Shown piece by piece: positions 62,477 through 64,000 of a DNA stretch of 64,000 nt. The DNA is taken from positions 124,403 to 188,402 of the forward strand of contig CAWHUW010000006.1 of NCBI GenBank assembly GCA_963832655.1, read 5' to 3'. The notes under the pieces were generated by a model. The model was not told the origin of the DNA. It did not search any database and saw nothing but the letters and a program-made list of their open reading frames with translations. A program made the position numbers and the translations under genes. Source of the DNA: an uncultured Thermoleophilia bacterium. Its GTDB lineage: Bacteria; Actinomycetota; Thermoleophilia; UBA2241. Numbering within the stretch: the first letter of the stretch is position 1; each line of letters opens with the position of its first letter.

Positions 62477-63720
62477 ATGCAAGGTCACGTCAGGAAGCGC
62501 GGCACGGACAGTTGGGAGTACATCGCCGACGTCGGCTTGCACGCCGCCGAGCGCTGCCGGAACTGCAGGCGCGGTTCTGGGTCGAGCGGAAGCCGCGCGA
62601 GGTCTGCCCAAATGCGGCGGCAGGCTCATCGAGACCGAGGAGCGGCGGCGCGAGACCAAGGCCGGATTCGCGACGCGCAAGGAGTGCGCAGACGGCGATG
62701 AACAAGGTGCTCGTCGCGATCGAGGAGAAGAGCTACGTCGCGCCCGCCAAACTCAGCCTGCGCGAGTACCTCAAGGAGCGAGTGGCTGCCGGCAATCGAG
62801 GCGACGATCCGCCCCTCGACCTACCGCAGCTACAAGCAGCACGTCGAGTGCCACATCTGCCCGCACCTCGGTAGCGTGCAGCTGCAGAAGCTCTGCGGGG
62901 CGCAGATCAACGGCCTCTACGCGAAGCTCGCGCTCAGCGGCAAGAAGGATGGCAAGAGCGGCCTCTCCGCTCTCTCCATCCGCCACGTGCACGCCTCCCT
63001 GCATCGGGCGTTCAAGGACGCGGTGCGCTGGGAGCGCATCACGCGCAACCCCATCGAGGCCGCCGACCCGCCGCGCATCGGCGGTGACGGCACCACGGAG
63101 ATGAAGACCTGGAGCGCCGAGCAGCTCGAAGGCGTTCCTCGACGCGACCGGGGACGAGCGCCTCTCCCCCTCTGGCATCTGCTCGCGATGACCGGGCTAC
63201 GGAGGGGCGAGGCGCTCGGTCTGCGCTGGGAGGACGTCGATCTCGAGGCCGGGCGCATCTCCGTCCGGCGGGCCCTGATCCCCAACGGGCACGAGGTGGT
63301 CTCAGCGAGCCGAAGACGGCGCGAGGCCGCAGGTCGGTCGCCCTCGACCCGGAGACGGTCGAGGTGCTGAAGCGCCAGGCGGCCAGCAACTCGCCGATCA
63401 GCTCAAGAAGGGCGACGAATGGATCGACACCGGCCTCGTCTTCACCAAGGAGAACGGCGAAGCCTGGCACCCCGAGGTCGTGAGCCGCTTCTTCCGCCAG
63501 GCGGTGAAGCGGTCGAGGCTGCCGCGTGATCCGCCTGCACGACCTGCGGCACACGCACGCCACGCTGGCGCTGCGCGCCGGCATCCATCCCAAGGTGGTC
63601 TCCGAGCGCCTCGGGCATGCCACCATCGCGATCACTCTCGACACCTACTCGCACGCCATCCCGGCGATGCAGGAGGAGGCGGCATTTCGGATTGCCGAGC
63701 TCGTCTTCGCCGCCAAGTGA
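62477..63720 (+). pseudogene. int: tyrosine-type site-specific integrase with Cys4 zinc-ribbon insertion, at least 8 frame changes
   Basis: Pieces in several frames were stitched. These include MQGHVRKRGTDSWEYIADVG...CRNCRR/RFWVERKPREVCPKCGG and EWLPAIEATIRPSTYRSYKQHVECHICPHLG. Further pieces are LWHLLAMTGLRRGEALGLRWEDVDL, EPKTARGRRSVALDPETV and RLHDLRHTHATLAL...ERLGHATIAITLDTYSH, which carries the R..HxxR..Y catalytic context. Confidence 0.85.
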
Positions 63721-63802
63721 CGCCACGCGTCGGCGACATGGCAGCATTCGGTGGCATTCCGGAATGGGCTGATCGAGGAAAGTGCCCATGTGCAGGAGAG
63801 AA

Positions 63803-63880
<78 letters not shown>

Positions 63881-63892
63881 CGGCGAGGGGGT

Positions 63893-63969
63893 CTGGAGCG
63901 GGTGAAGGGACTCGAACCCTCGACCTTCTGCATGGCAAGCAGACGCTCTAGCCGACTGAGCTACACCCG
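63893..63969 (-). tRNA. tRNA-Gly (anticodon GCC)
   Basis: Hand-folded 77-nt cloverleaf with acceptor GCGGGUG/CACCCGC, anticodon loop UUGCCAU, T-loop UUCGAGU and an encoded CCA. Confidence 0.9.
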
Positions 63970-64000
63970 CAGCAGTCGAGGATGATACCCCACCGCGTCC

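Overview
High-GC, actinobacterial-type chromosomal segment, read by eye with no searches run. Positions 1-40.9 kb are mostly housekeeping or metabolic genes. These include guaA and a guaB3-type IMPDH paralogue, a pfkB kinase, and an M-box (Mg2+) riboswitch in front of an MgtE-N/CBS protein plus an NRAMP-related transporter. They also include a CDF transporter, rdgB-rph-queT-murI, tRNA-Arg, and the ftsE-ftsX-M23 peptidase-ctpA-rnr-smpB block. Further along are an HcnABC/opine-oxidase-like flavoenzyme set, an amidase, and a deacetylase-C45-MTHFR-MttB-S9 peptidase cluster. Positions 40962-63848 form a ~22.9-kb genomic island inserted in the 3' half of tRNA-Cys(GCA). It has 46-bp perfect direct repeats and a tyrosine integrase at the tRNA-proximal end. 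The island carries a type III R-M system, McrBC, several uncharacterised operons and a small metabolic cargo. The uncharacterised operons are a nuclease-like protein plus MBL/beta-CASP hydrolase module, and a DUF4160/DUF2442-HTH module with two orphan proteins. These are the best candidates for an undescribed defence system. A window-wide peculiarity is that many accessory genes need multiple reading-frame changes to be read, while long housekeeping genes are intact. No rRNA, CRISPR array or transposase was seen. All family assignments rest on recalled motifs and architecture and need HMM/BLAST confirmation.
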